DNA of 64,000 nucleotides from Raillietiella orientalis (lineage: Eukaryota). The notes under the pieces were generated by a model. That model was not told the origin of the DNA and made no database searches. It saw only the letters and a list, made by a program, of their open reading frames with translations. This document shows positions 63,829-64,000 of this stretch, piece by piece (position 1 is the stretch's first letter; every line of letters starts with the position of its first letter). The position numbers and the translations under genes were made by a program. The DNA lies in NCBI GenBank assembly GCA_036172245.1, contig JAYWIR010000016.1:1550001-1614000 (forward strand), written 5' to 3'.

Positions 63829-64000
63829 TGAAAGGTTTCCAATTCGGGAAAGGGGGGAAACGAAAGCTATCGATCCTCGAATTTCCTTCAGCTTCGTTGC
63901 AGAAAATGGAACCAGTCAGGGGTGCGCCCTGAAGAAGAGCCACTGTGCTTCGAAACCTTGTCGTAATGGAGGGGAGTGCATCGGAGGCTGGGACACCTAT
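63829..64000 (+). repeat. Inverted duplicate of a flamingo intron end plus EGF exon (source 61709-61880); runs off the window end
   Basis: TGAAAGGTTTCCAATTCGGG...TTCAGCTTCGTTGCAGAAAATGGAACC...GGACACCTAT matches the minus strand of 61709-61880 with about 6 substitutions in 172 nt. Confidence 0.93.

Overview
Eukaryotic, GC-rich animal genomic DNA, probably an invertebrate with arthropod-like Flamingo and many 45-60 nt introns. Two spliced genes can be rebuilt by hand: (1) a complete 10-exon alpha-tubulin on + (27923-41652, 458 aa) with an expanded, lysine-free K40 loop and 3 of 9 introns using GC donors; (2) the 3' part (26 exons, about 1705 aa) of a flamingo/starry night/CELSR adhesion GPCR on - (63389 to 56426) whose GPS lacks the autoproteolysis residues. 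The main structural feature is a near-identical 1.45 kb inverted repeat (15342-16795 / 54504-55956) bracketing 37.7 kb that contains the tubulin gene. A second inverted duplication places an antisense copy of a flamingo exon plus its acceptor in an upstream intron of the same gene (63829-64000 vs 61709-61880). Intergenic DNA holds a tRNA-headed SINE family with a tandem hairpin tail, many decayed L1/Tx1-like LINE relics, and a perfect 23-bp hairpin. Most other ORF-track ORFs look like GC-content artefacts. All calls are by eye, with no database searches.
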